Notes under the pieces: model-generated | Database searches by the model: none | What the model was told of the DNA's origin: nothing | What the model saw: the letters and a program-made list of their open reading frames with translations, nothing else | Made by a program: the position numbers and the translations under genes | Shown: positions 1 through 8,675 of the stretch, piece after piece | Layout of the letters: each line of letters opens with the position of its first letter | How positions within the stretch are numbered: position 1 is the first letter of the stretch | Source: an uncultured Prevotella sp. | GTDB taxonomy: Bacteria > Bacteroidota > Bacteroidia > Bacteroidales > Bacteroidaceae | Direction of reading: 5' to 3' | NCBI GenBank assembly: GCA_900316295.1 | Contig: ONCJ01000005.1 | Location: forward strand, 8,962-72,961 | DNA length: 64,000 bases

Positions 1-1284
1 TGATGCAGATACAAGTGGAACATTCTTACCCTCGGTAGTAGTGATACTGTCGCACTGGATGTCGAGTGGCAGGAACGTTGCCTCTTGGAACTGACGGTAC
101 ATCTCGAAGACATGATAGGTGGGTGTGAGTACTATATGTCCCGTACCTTTCTGGTCGGTGAGTATCATCGACTGCAGGACGTTTACGACCTGTGCAATAT
201 TTGCCATCCTTACTCGGTCGGTGTATTTATGGAACACGTTGAGCATCAAGGCAGCTACCATAGCGTCGCGCATGGAGTTCTGCTGGTACAGATGGCCAGG
301 TATGGTGCCCGGCTCTTCATCCCACCATGTGCCCCACTCGTCGACCATCAGTGCTATCTTCTTCTCAGGGTCGGTCTCGTCCATAATGGCACAATGCTTA
401 GCTACGACATTGTCAACATCAAGACATTTGTCGAGTGTAAGGTAGTACTCTTCGTTGGTGAAGGCAGTAGCCTTACCCTTACGATTCCATTCCTTCACGG
501 TATAATAATGTACTGAGATGCCCTGCATGCGGTCACCAATGTTCTTCATCAGCACACGTGTCCAGTTATAGTCGTAGTCGCTGGCACCGCTGGCTATGCG
601 GAAGAGCTTGTTGTCACCCTGATCACGCAGGTAGGTGTTAAACTTGCGGAACTCGTTGCTATAGTATTCAGGTGTCATATTGCCTCCGCATCCCCATGCT
701 TCGTTGCCGATACCGAAATATTTTACTTTCCACGCCTTGTCTCTACCATTTTGTCGGCGCAGACGAGCCATTGGGGTGTCGCCCTCACTGGTCATATATT
801 CCACCCATTGTGCCATTTCCTTTACTGTGCCGCTGCCTACATTGCCGCTGATATATGGTTCGCATCCCAGCATCTCGCATAGGTTCAGAAATTCGTGTGT
901 GCCAAAAGAGTTGTCCTCAATGGTGCCACCCCAGTTGTTGTTGCGCAATGATGGGCGTTGGCTCTGTGGGCCTATTCCGTCCATCCAGTGATAGTCGTCA
1001 GCAAAGCATCCGCCAGGCCAACGCAGTACGGGGACCTGCAGTGCCTTCAGTGCATCGAAGACATCCTTACGATAGCCATTGATGTTGGGGATTGGGGAGT
1101 CCTTGCCAACCCATAGACCACCATAGATACAGGAACCGAGATGCTCGGCAAATTGTCCGTATATCTCCTTGTTGATTTTCCACTTGCCTTGATCGGCATG
1201 TATCGTTACTGTGGCATCCTGTGCAATAATGGTAGTCGTTGAGGACAGCAGACATGCCATGATGATGAAGATAATCTTTTTCAT
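1..1284 (-). CDS. Alpha-L-arabinofuranosidase, GH51 family (3' end runs off the window)
   Basis: Not in the ORF track because it has no stop in the window. ATG at 1284 gives a signal peptide ([14 protein letters not shown]). Manual translation shows [34 protein letters not shown] and [13 protein letters not shown], which are GH51 hallmarks including the NE acid/base motif. Confidence 0.9.
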   Translation of the reverse strand, partial: MKKIIFIIMACLLSSTTTIIAQDATVTIHADQGKWKINKEIYGQFAEHLGSCIYGGLWVGKDSPIPNINGYRKDVFDALKALQVPVLRWPGGCFADDYHWMDGIGPQSQRPSLRNNNWGGTIEDNSFGTHEFLNLCEMLGCEPYISGNVGSGTVKEMAQWVEYMTSEGDTPMARLRRQNGRDKAWKVKYFGIGNEAWGCGGNMTPEYYSNEFRKFNTYLRDQGDNKLFRIASGASDYDYNWTRVLMKNIGDRMQGISVHYYTVKEWNRKGKATAFTNEEYYLTLDKCLDVDNVVAKHCAIMDETDPEKKIALMVDEWGTWWDEEPGTIPGHLYQQNSMRDAMVAALMLNVFHKYTDRVRMANIAQVVNVLQSMILTDQKGTGHIVLTPTYHVFEMYRQFQEATFLPLDIQCDSITTTEGKNVPLVSAS

Positions 1285-1376
1285 GGTGTTAAAGGTAATT
1301 TTGTTGAAGTTTTTGTGGTACGTGTTATTTGTAAATAGAATAATCTGAATTTCCCGTTAAGAAAACCCAGATTATC

Positions 1377-2423
1377 TTATTCTTTCAGTTCGAAGTGTTG
1401 AAAGTCTTTGCATGACGTCCATGAGCCTCCCCATTCGAAACCATTGCTGGTGAAGAGTTGATAGCAAAGGTCGGTTGTGTCAATCTTGTAGGGAAAGGTC
1501 TTGTCGCGGTTACAATACTCTGCAGCTATTGCAGGCTGTATGAAGCGTGTACCATCGGTTCGATCTTTGTAGTAGGGGTTATACAAAGTGTTAATGTCTA
1601 CAGCAAGTCCGCGGGCATGTTTTGACAGTTTGGCTGTGCCAGCGATGGCACGGTAGCAGAAGCATGATGTGTTGTTGTCGCGCATCTGTTTCTCGTCGTC
1701 GGCATCATAGACATCAGGCAGTACCATGCGCTGTATAGGGTACTTTGCGTCATAGAGCTGACGAAATATCTTCACCAATGTGTCTGCAATCTTTTCGCTA
1801 CATATCATCTCTCCGATATGTATCTTGTTGTCATAGTCCCAATGGAGCACTCTGATGTGGCGCAGGTCATCACGCTTGATGTAAGGGTTCTCCTTATACG
1901 TCTTGTCCTGCATGCGCTGCCAGACGTTGTCGGGAATTTCCTCTGCCTCAAAGCACTTGTCGAGTCCACCAAAAGCATTGATAGCCTCGATGGTGGTTGT
2001 GGCTCCTGCCGTCCATTGGTTGAGCGGAGTGATGTCGCTTCCACCATCGGTAGTCGATGATGTGTCGTCCTTACCCTCTACGGTGATGATGACAGGTGCA
2101 ACTCCATGACCAATCATTCCCAGATCCTTTGCAGCCTGCCAGGTCAGGTCGATGATTTTACCCTTTGCGTATGGTCCTCGGTCTACTACCTTGACAACCA
2201 CTTCTTTGTTGTTGTTGAGATTGCGTACACGCAACATGGTGCCAAAAGGGTGTTTCTTATGAGCGCACTCATAGCCGTAGTTGTTCAGTCGTGAACCACT
2301 GGCGGTCTTATGGTTGTGCATGTACTTGGCATAATGGGTAGCCTTGCCTGTCTGTTGAGACATGCCACTCATGCTCACTAAGAGCATGAGTGGCATGATT
2401 AAAAGTTTCTTAATATTGTGCAT
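1377..2423 (-). CDS. RlpA-like DPBB lytic transglycosylase fused to an M15-family metallopeptidase
   Basis: Signal peptide, then RlpA motifs (KTASG, CAHKKHPFGT, VVDRGPY, IIDLT). C-terminal half has SKHARGLAVDIN (SxHxxGxAxD) and DFQHFE, the M15 zinc motifs. Confidence 0.85.
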   Translation of the reverse strand: MHNIKKLLIMPLMLLVSMSGMSQQTGKATHYAKYMHNHKTASGSRLNNYGYECAHKKHPFGTMLRVRNLNNNKEVVVKVVDRGPYAKGKIIDLTWQAAKDLGMIGHGVAPVIITVEGKDDTSSTTDGGSDITPLNQWTAGATTTIEAINAFGGLDKCFEAEEIPDNVWQRMQDKTYKENPYIKRDDLRHIRVLHWDYDNKIHIGEMICSEKIADTLVKIFRQLYDAKYPIQRMVLPDVYDADDEKQMRDNNTSCFCYRAIAGTAKLSKHARGLAVDINTLYNPYYKDRTDGTRFIQPAIAAEYCNRDKTFPYKIDTTDLCYQLFTSNGFEWGGSWTSCKDFQHFELKE

Positions 2424-2428
2424 GTGTA

Positions 2429-3595
2429 TTAGCAAACTTTGTGAGAGCCTTGACCGATGACAACATCGATGACTTTCGGCTGTTTGTTGTATTTTTCTGC
2501 ATATTTCTTCTTGGCTGTCTCAATGAAGTTGTCGTAGAGATCGTCCTTGACGAGGTTGATAGTGCAGCCACCGAAGCCACCGCCCATGATACGTGAGCCA
2601 GTAACGCCACACTCCTTAGCGATGTCGTTTAGGAAGTCGAGTTCTTCACAGCTTACTTCATATTCCTTAGACAGTCCCTCGTGGGTCTCATACATCTTCT
2701 TGCCTACGGTCTCGTAGTCGCCTGCAACAAGTGCGTCACACACTGCCAGCACACGGTCCTTCTCACCGAGTACAAAGTGAGCACGCTTGTAGTCTTCCTC
2801 ACCAACTTCCTGACGTACCTCTTCGAGTTGCTCCCATGTGCAGTCACGCAGAGTCTCGAATGTTGCCTCTGGATGCTTGGCTGCAATGTGTTTCACAACA
2901 TTCTCGCATGAGTTGCGGCGGTCGTTGTATGGAGATCCTGCCAACTCGTGCTTAACGCATGAATTGAGCAATACCAGTTTGTAGCCCTCTGGATTGAATG
3001 GGAAGTACTCGAACTCACGGCTGCGGCAGTCGAGGCGCATCAGCTTACCTTCCTCACCAAAGACGCTGGCAAACTGATCCATGATGCCGCAGTTGACTCC
3101 GCAGTAGTTGTGCTCTGTAGCCTGTCCTGCAAGCACCATATCCCACTTGCTTACCTTGTTCTCACCGAAAAGGTCGTTCAGTCCACATGCGAAACAGCTC
3201 TCCATAGCTGCCGATGAAGACATACCTGCTCCGAGGGGCACGTCACCCATGAAGGCGATATTGAATCCCTTTACGGGTACACCGAGCTTCTGCATCTCCT
3301 TGGCTATACCAAAGATGTAGCGTGCCCAAGATGTGCGTGGACCATTCTCGTCATTCAGGTGGAAGTCTACGCGGTCTTTCAGGTCGATGGCATAGCACAT
3401 CACCATATCCTCGGTACCATTGACACGCATCTCAGCAAGGATGCCTTTGTCTACAGCTCCCGGGAAAACGAATCCGCCGTTATAGTCGGTATGCTCGCCA
3501 ATGAGGTTGATACGACCTGGCGAGAAGTATATGTTACCTGTCTTTCCATCGAAATGCTTGATAAAGCGTCTTCTTACTTCTTCAATTGCTATCAT
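2429..3595 (-). CDS. galK: Galactokinase
   Basis: PGRINLIGEHTDYN, PLGAGMSSSAA, GIMDQF, GSRIMGGGFGGC. Confidence 0.97.
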   Translation of the reverse strand: MIAIEEVRRRFIKHFDGKTGNIYFSPGRINLIGEHTDYNGGFVFPGAVDKGILAEMRVNGTEDMVMCYAIDLKDRVDFHLNDENGPRTSWARYIFGIAKEMQKLGVPVKGFNIAFMGDVPLGAGMSSSAAMESCFACGLNDLFGENKVSKWDMVLAGQATEHNYCGVNCGIMDQFASVFGEEGKLMRLDCRSREFEYFPFNPEGYKLVLLNSCVKHELAGSPYNDRRNSCENVVKHIAAKHPEATFETLRDCTWEQLEEVRQEVGEEDYKRAHFVLGEKDRVLAVCDALVAGDYETVGKKMYETHEGLSKEYEVSCEELDFLNDIAKECGVTGSRIMGGGFGGCTINLVKDDLYDNFIETAKKKYAEKYNKQPKVIDVVIGQGSHKVC

Positions 3596-3642
3596 AGTGT
3601 TTTTTTTTAGTTTTTAGTGTTTTGTTTTTAGTTTGCAACTTC

Positions 3643-4941
3643 TTAGTCGATCTTGATATCCTTGTTCACATTCTTTGAACCGATGAGGGCATAATAGCAC
3701 ATATATGCCATAGCAAGCAACGGTACAATATATGATGTCATGTATGTGGTGTTGTCTGCCACGAAGTTCTGTACGAGTGGAAGTACGCCACCGCCTACTA
3801 CCATCATCATAAAGATACCCGATGCAGCTGCAGTATACTTACCCAGTCCCTCAGTGGCAAGGTTGAAAATGCTTGACCACATGATACTGGTACATAGTCC
3901 GCAAAGTACAAGGAACAGAGCTGCGATAGGTACGATGACAGTCTCGAAAGAAGAGCCTGTGAATACGGGCATTGACACCTGAGAACTCTTACCCAGAACC
4001 ATTGCGAGTGCGATGAAAATCATACCAGCAATGGTTGTGACGGTCATCATGGTCTTACTTGACACCTTGTCGGCGATAAAGCTGGAACTCATACGGCCAA
4101 CAAGCATGAGCAGCCAGTATGTGGCAGCTACGGAACCTGCAATGGCAGTTGCATTGCCAGTCAGTCCACCACCAGCTCCAGACGTGTCTGAGAGGTAGAA
4201 GATCAGGGTACCAGGAATACCCACTTCGACACCTACATATACGAAGATAGCGATGGTGCCAAGAACGAAATGGCGGAAGCTCCATGGTGAATGCTCGAAT
4301 ACGGTGTTGGCGTCAGTCTTGCCCATCTCTGGATCCTGAATAGGAATGAAGAGTAGGACGATGAATGCACATGCGAACACTGCCATTGCGATATAGAGCA
4401 CCAGATTGACATCAGCCATCTTTGTGCTGGCACTGACAGTACCGATGAGCGCACCTACGAACAATGGTGTCAGTGTACCAGACAGTGAGTTCAGTGTACC
4501 ACCGATAAGGTTCAACTGGTTACCGCGGTTGCCACCACCACCAAGTAGGTTAAGCATTGGGTTGACAACGGTGTTGAGCATACATACAGAGAATCCGGCA
4601 ATGAATGCGCCAAGCAGGTATACTACAAATCCTGCGGTGCCAGCTACTGAGCCAGATATGAATTGAACCAAGACACCAACAAAACCAGTACCAATTCCGG
4701 CAAGAGCCGTCTTCTTGTAACCAATCTTTGTAAGCAACTTACCTGCAGGAATTCCCATGAAGAGATAAGCAAGGAAGTTCATTGCGTTGCCAAGCATACC
4801 AACTGCGTTGGAACCTTCGAATGCGCCCTTCCAGATGACACCGATAGGAGCGGCAAGGTTGGTTACAAACGAAATCATCGCATAGAGGAACATCATCGTT
4901 ATTATCGCAACGATGCTGCCATTTGTTTTCTTTTCAGTCAT
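3643..4941 (-). CDS. MFS glucose/galactose transporter (FucP/GluP family)
   Basis: About 12 hydrophobic segments, FVYVGVEV motif, located between galM and galK. Confidence 0.88.
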   Translation of the reverse strand: MTEKKTNGSIVAIITMMFLYAMISFVTNLAAPIGVIWKGAFEGSNAVGMLGNAMNFLAYLFMGIPAGKLLTKIGYKKTALAGIGTGFVGVLVQFISGSVAGTAGFVVYLLGAFIAGFSVCMLNTVVNPMLNLLGGGGNRGNQLNLIGGTLNSLSGTLTPLFVGALIGTVSASTKMADVNLVLYIAMAVFACAFIVLLFIPIQDPEMGKTDANTVFEHSPWSFRHFVLGTIAIFVYVGVEVGIPGTLIFYLSDTSGAGGGLTGNATAIAGSVAATYWLLMLVGRMSSSFIADKVSSKTMMTVTTIAGMIFIALAMVLGKSSQVSMPVFTGSSFETVIVPIAALFLVLCGLCTSIMWSSIFNLATEGLGKYTAAASGIFMMMVVGGGVLPLVQNFVADNTTYMTSYIVPLLAMAYMCYYALIGSKNVNKDIKID

Positions 4942-4969
4942 TTTTTATAATGGTTATTTAGTTATAAGG

Positions 4970-6055
4970 TCATTTCACACCAAACTTATACACAGTACGT
5001 TGTGTGTATTTTCCCTCTGGAGTCAGTATGACTGATGGGAAATATGGGCGGTTAGGTGAGTCAGGGAAGTGCTGGCACTCAAAACATACTGCCGAGCGGC
5101 GTGGGAATGTTGCTCCCTGCTGTCCTTTGTATCCGTCAGCCCAGTTGTCTGTATATAGTTGTACGCCAGGCTCGGTGGTATATACCTCGAGAGTTCTGCC
5201 GCTTACAGGCTCCTCAAGACGTGCTGCGAAGCTCAGTTCGCCCTCTTCCTTCTTGTTCAGTACATAGCAATGGTCGTAGCCTGCACCGTTCTTTATCTGC
5301 TCATTGTCGGCATCAATGTCTTGTCCGATAGCCTTTGGCTGACGGAAGTCGAATGGTGTGCCTTCCACCTTGAGGATCTCTCCTGTAGGTATGGAGTTTT
5401 CATCTATAGGCAGATAGAAGTCGGCATTCATCTCGCATATCTGATTGTCTACGGTTGGAGTGGGGTTGGCGATGCCTTGCAGACTGAAGAAAGCGTGGTG
5501 TGTCAGGTTGATGATGGTTTTCTTGTTGGTCGTAGCCTGATATTTTATCACGAGCTCATCATTGTCGGTAAAGGTGTAAGCCACCCATACGAGAACTTCG
5601 CCTGTAAAACCTTCTTCTCCATATGAGCTGACGTACTTCAGTACGACAGCGTGGTCGCTGACCTGATTGGCATCCCATACGCGTGCATGGAAACCCGTAG
5701 GTCCGCCATGAAGTGCGTTCGGACCATTGTTGATAGCCAACTGATATTCCTTGCCGTTAAGTTGGAATTTTCCTTCCTTGATACGGTTGCCGTATCGTCC
5801 GATAAGTGTTGAAAGGAAAGGTTCTGGTGAATTGATGACGTCTTGGATGTTGTCGTGTCCCTGGATAACGTTGGCTAACTTGCCATCCTTATCTGGTACC
5901 ATGATTGCTACTATTGCACCACCGTAATTGGTTACTGCTACTTCGTGTCCAAGACTGTTTTTCAGGATGTATAGGTCTGTTTGTTTTCCGTTGATAGTGG
6001 TCTGAAAATCGGCTCTTTTCAGGCCACAGATGTTTTCAGTTTCAATTGTGCTCAT
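4970..6055 (-). CDS. galM: Aldose 1-epimerase (galactose mutarotase)
   Basis: IGRYGNRI, NGPNALHGG, NLTHHAFF, GYDHCY, FECQHFPDSPN. Start chosen at MSTIE; 6061 is also possible. Confidence 0.95.
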   Translation of the reverse strand: MSTIETENICGLKRADFQTTINGKQTDLYILKNSLGHEVAVTNYGGAIVAIMVPDKDGKLANVIQGHDNIQDVINSPEPFLSTLIGRYGNRIKEGKFQLNGKEYQLAINNGPNALHGGPTGFHARVWDANQVSDHAVVLKYVSSYGEEGFTGEVLVWVAYTFTDNDELVIKYQATTNKKTIINLTHHAFFSLQGIANPTPTVDNQICEMNADFYLPIDENSIPTGEILKVEGTPFDFRQPKAIGQDIDADNEQIKNGAGYDHCYVLNKKEEGELSFAARLEEPVSGRTLEVYTTEPGVQLYTDNWADGYKGQQGATFPRRSAVCFECQHFPDSPNRPYFPSVILTPEGKYTQRTVYKFGVK

Positions 6056-6190
6056 AAGCATATAGGTTTTTAGTGAAAAAATAGATTGTTGCAAAGTAAC
6101 GAAAAAATAATGAGAGTGGCAAAAGAATGTACAAAAAAAGCGTTTTTAATCGAGTTAAAAACACTTAATTGCAAATGAGTAGAGTCGTGA

Positions 6191-7432
6191 TCATGTGGAG
6201 AGGGAAGCGAGCAGGTCAGCCACAACATAGCTGCTTCCGCCTATGAATATGAAGTCGTGTCGGTCGGCTTCTTTTCTGGCAGCGGCATATGCTTCAGCCA
6301 CCTTATTATATATTGTGCCACGGAGTTGATGGCGTCTACCTTTCTCTGCCACCATCTCGGCAGGTATGGCGCGGTGATTGTCTGCTTGTGTCCAATAGTA
6401 TTCAGCCTTTTTGGGCAGCATATCCATTACGGTGTCAATGTCTTTGTCGTCTACCATACCGAATACTATGCGTAGTGTCTTACATTTTTGTTTGGATATC
6501 TGTTGGCTCAGGTATTGCCATCCACCTACGTTGTGTCCGGTGTCGCAGACTACTTTCGGTTTTTCACCTATAGTCTGCCATCTACCCAGGAGCCCTGTGT
6601 TCTCTGTCACATGAGCAAGACCGTTGGCTATATCCGTAGTAGCGAGAGGGCGTGGTAGCGAGTGGGCGAGAACAGACACAGCAGCCAGTATTGTCTGCTT
6701 GTTGCGTCGTTGATAGTCGCCTTTCATTTCGAACTCAATGTCCTTACCCAATGGCTCTAAGTCCTGCGCAAAGGTGATGGGAGCCTGTAGCTCTTTTGCT
6801 TTCTGTTCGAATACGGGTCGGGTCTCTGGAGTGTATTCGCCTATCACCACAGGTACACTTTTCTTGATGATTCCCGCTTTCTCACCTGCTATCTGTGCCA
6901 GCGTGTTACCGAGAAATCCTGTGTGGTCGAACGATATGTTTGTTATGACTGACAATATCGGAGTAATGATATTGGTGCAGTCGAGTCTGCCTCCCAGTCC
7001 CACCTCAACTACGGCAATGTCGACTTGTTGTTCGGCGAAATATTTCAGTGCGAGGGCAGTGGTCAATTCGAAGAACGATGGGTGTAATGGTTCAAAGAAA
7101 TGGCGCTCTTGCTCTACAAAGTCAACAACTCGTTGCTTGCTGATAACCTGACCGTTAACCCTTATTCGCTCACGAAAGTCTACGAGGTGTGGCGAGGTGT
7201 ATAGTCCTACCTTATATCCCGCCTCTTGCAAAATGCTGGCGATGGTATGTGAGCATGATCCCTTGCCGTTGGTGCCCGCTACATGGATGGTCATATATTT
7301 GCGATGTGGATGACAGAAGTGGTCGTCAAGAGCCAGAGTGTTTTCCAGTCCCTCCTTATATGCGGATGCACCGACATGTTCAAACACAGGTGTGCTGTTA
7401 TATAAGTATGTGATAGTTTGCTCGTAAGTCAT
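6191..7432 (-). CDS. folC: Folylpolyglutamate/dihydrofolate synthase
   Basis: IHVAGTNGKGS, YTSPHL, EVGLGGRLDCTN, DTGHN. Confidence 0.96.
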   Translation of the reverse strand: MTYEQTITYLYNSTPVFEHVGASAYKEGLENTLALDDHFCHPHRKYMTIHVAGTNGKGSCSHTIASILQEAGYKVGLYTSPHLVDFRERIRVNGQVISKQRVVDFVEQERHFFEPLHPSFFELTTALALKYFAEQQVDIAVVEVGLGGRLDCTNIITPILSVITNISFDHTGFLGNTLAQIAGEKAGIIKKSVPVVIGEYTPETRPVFEQKAKELQAPITFAQDLEPLGKDIEFEMKGDYQRRNKQTILAAVSVLAHSLPRPLATTDIANGLAHVTENTGLLGRWQTIGEKPKVVCDTGHNVGGWQYLSQQISKQKCKTLRIVFGMVDDKDIDTVMDMLPKKAEYYWTQADNHRAIPAEMVAEKGRRHQLRGTIYNKVAEAYAAARKEADRHDFIFIGGSSYVVADLLASLST

Positions 7433-7506
7433 TCTTTTTTATCCTTTCTTTCAGTTTTGAGCTACAAAGATAGTGTTTTTTTCTTATTTTATGTATATTT
7501 TTTTTG

Positions 7507-7586
7507 TAACTTTAGATAAGTTACTCCATCTCGGCATAAAAATAAACACGTTTATTTTGTTCTGCTCTCGATTTTCTATAACTTTG
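7507..7586 (-). repeat. CGAG-hairpin-CGAG interspersed element, copy A
   Basis: Minus strand reads AAGTTAT..CGAG-AGCAGAACAAAATAAAC-GT-GTTTATTTTTATGC-CGAG-ATGGAGTAACTT. TAACTTT occurs at both 7507 and 7579. Same architecture as 28469-28639 and 29574-29666. Confidence 0.75.
7579..7586 (+). promoter_or_regulatory. Bacteroidota -7 promoter box (TAACTTTG) for the 7595-13755 operon
   Basis: Matches the TAnnTTTG consensus and ends 8 nt before the ATG at 7595. Confidence 0.65.
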
Positions 7587-7594
7587 CAAACAAA

Positions 7595-8656
7595 ATGAAA
7601 ATACAACGATACTTTTATATAGTATGTGCCTTTCTGTGTTTAGTAGGTTGCACTGGGGTAGCGAATGACTCACATGAAGATGGCGAGTCGCGTCGTGGTG
7701 ATACGCTACGCACCAAATCGTCACAAGCAGCCGTAGATAAAGGAAATCAACCGGCTGTTGATGACATGTCCGAAAAGGACGTTATGGTGTTTACTCCCCA
7801 GTGGATGGCGCAAGCACAGTTTGCAGGCTACTATGTAGCCGAGGCAAAGGGATTCTATCGAGAAGCGGGCGTGAATGTTCGTATCGAGCATCCGTCGCCT
7901 ACGTCTCCAGCTATCAGTCGTTTGCGCAACGGTCAATGCCAAGCAACGACGATGCAACTATGCCAAGCTCTAGAGGTTGTAGATGGAGGAATTCCTTTGG
8001 TGAACATCTTGCAGACGTCTATGAACAATGCTATGGTCATTGTCTCGGCACGAGACAAGAACCCGTTGACACAGAAGGGTGGACGTGTGGGAATATGGAG
8101 CGTCGATTTCGGTCAGTTAGCTATCTGCATGAGTATAAAAGACCACCTCGACTATCAATGGGTGCGCTTTGCTCAGAATATAAACCTCTTTGTCGCAGGA
8201 GCCCTTGACGCCACACTCGCTATGAGCTATAACGAATATTACCAGTTGGTACAGGCAGGCATCGAGATGAACGACAAGAACGTTTATCGTTTTTGTGATC
8301 ATGGCTATAATGTACAGGAGGATGGAGTATATATGACCCGCGACTATTATGAGAAGCATAGTGAGTATGCCAAGAGATTTGCACAGGCAAGTAGAAAAGG
8401 GTGGGAGTGGACTGCCAGTCATCCCGACGAAGCACTCGATATTGTGATGGAATATGTCAATAGGGATTATGTGGCATCTAATGAAGTCCTGCAGCGCCTG
8501 ATGCTCCAGGAGGTGTTGCGTCTTCAGGTAGATCGTGAGTCTAAGAAGCGCGAATTCAGGTTGCGCCCCGACATGGTGCGACTTGCAAGTCAGCTTATGG
8601 TTGAATACCAGATGCTGAGTCGTGAGATTAAGTATGAGGAACTGATAGATAATTGA
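7595..8656 (+). CDS. NMT1/THI5-like solute-binding lipoprotein (no ABC permease or ATPase nearby)
   Basis: Lipobox-like LVGC; PQWMAQAQFAGYYVAEAKGFYREAG and FAQASRKGWEW are typical of NMT1/SsuA-type binding proteins. Confidence 0.82.
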   Translation: MKIQRYFYIVCAFLCLVGCTGVANDSHEDGESRRGDTLRTKSSQAAVDKGNQPAVDDMSEKDVMVFTPQWMAQAQFAGYYVAEAKGFYREAGVNVRIEHPSPTSPAISRLRNGQCQATTMQLCQALEVVDGGIPLVNILQTSMNNAMVIVSARDKNPLTQKGGRVGIWSVDFGQLAICMSIKDHLDYQWVRFAQNINLFVAGALDATLAMSYNEYYQLVQAGIEMNDKNVYRFCDHGYNVQEDGVYMTRDYYEKHSEYAKRFAQASRKGWEWTASHPDEALDIVMEYVNRDYVASNEVLQRLMLQEVLRLQVDRESKKREFRLRPDMVRLASQLMVEYQMLSREIKYEELIDN

Positions 8657-8675
8657 CAATTGATAATTGACAGCT

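Noticed and set aside
85-1255. Short ORFs listed in the first 1.3 kb
   Set aside because: The region is the minus-strand GH51 gene, which runs off the window edge.
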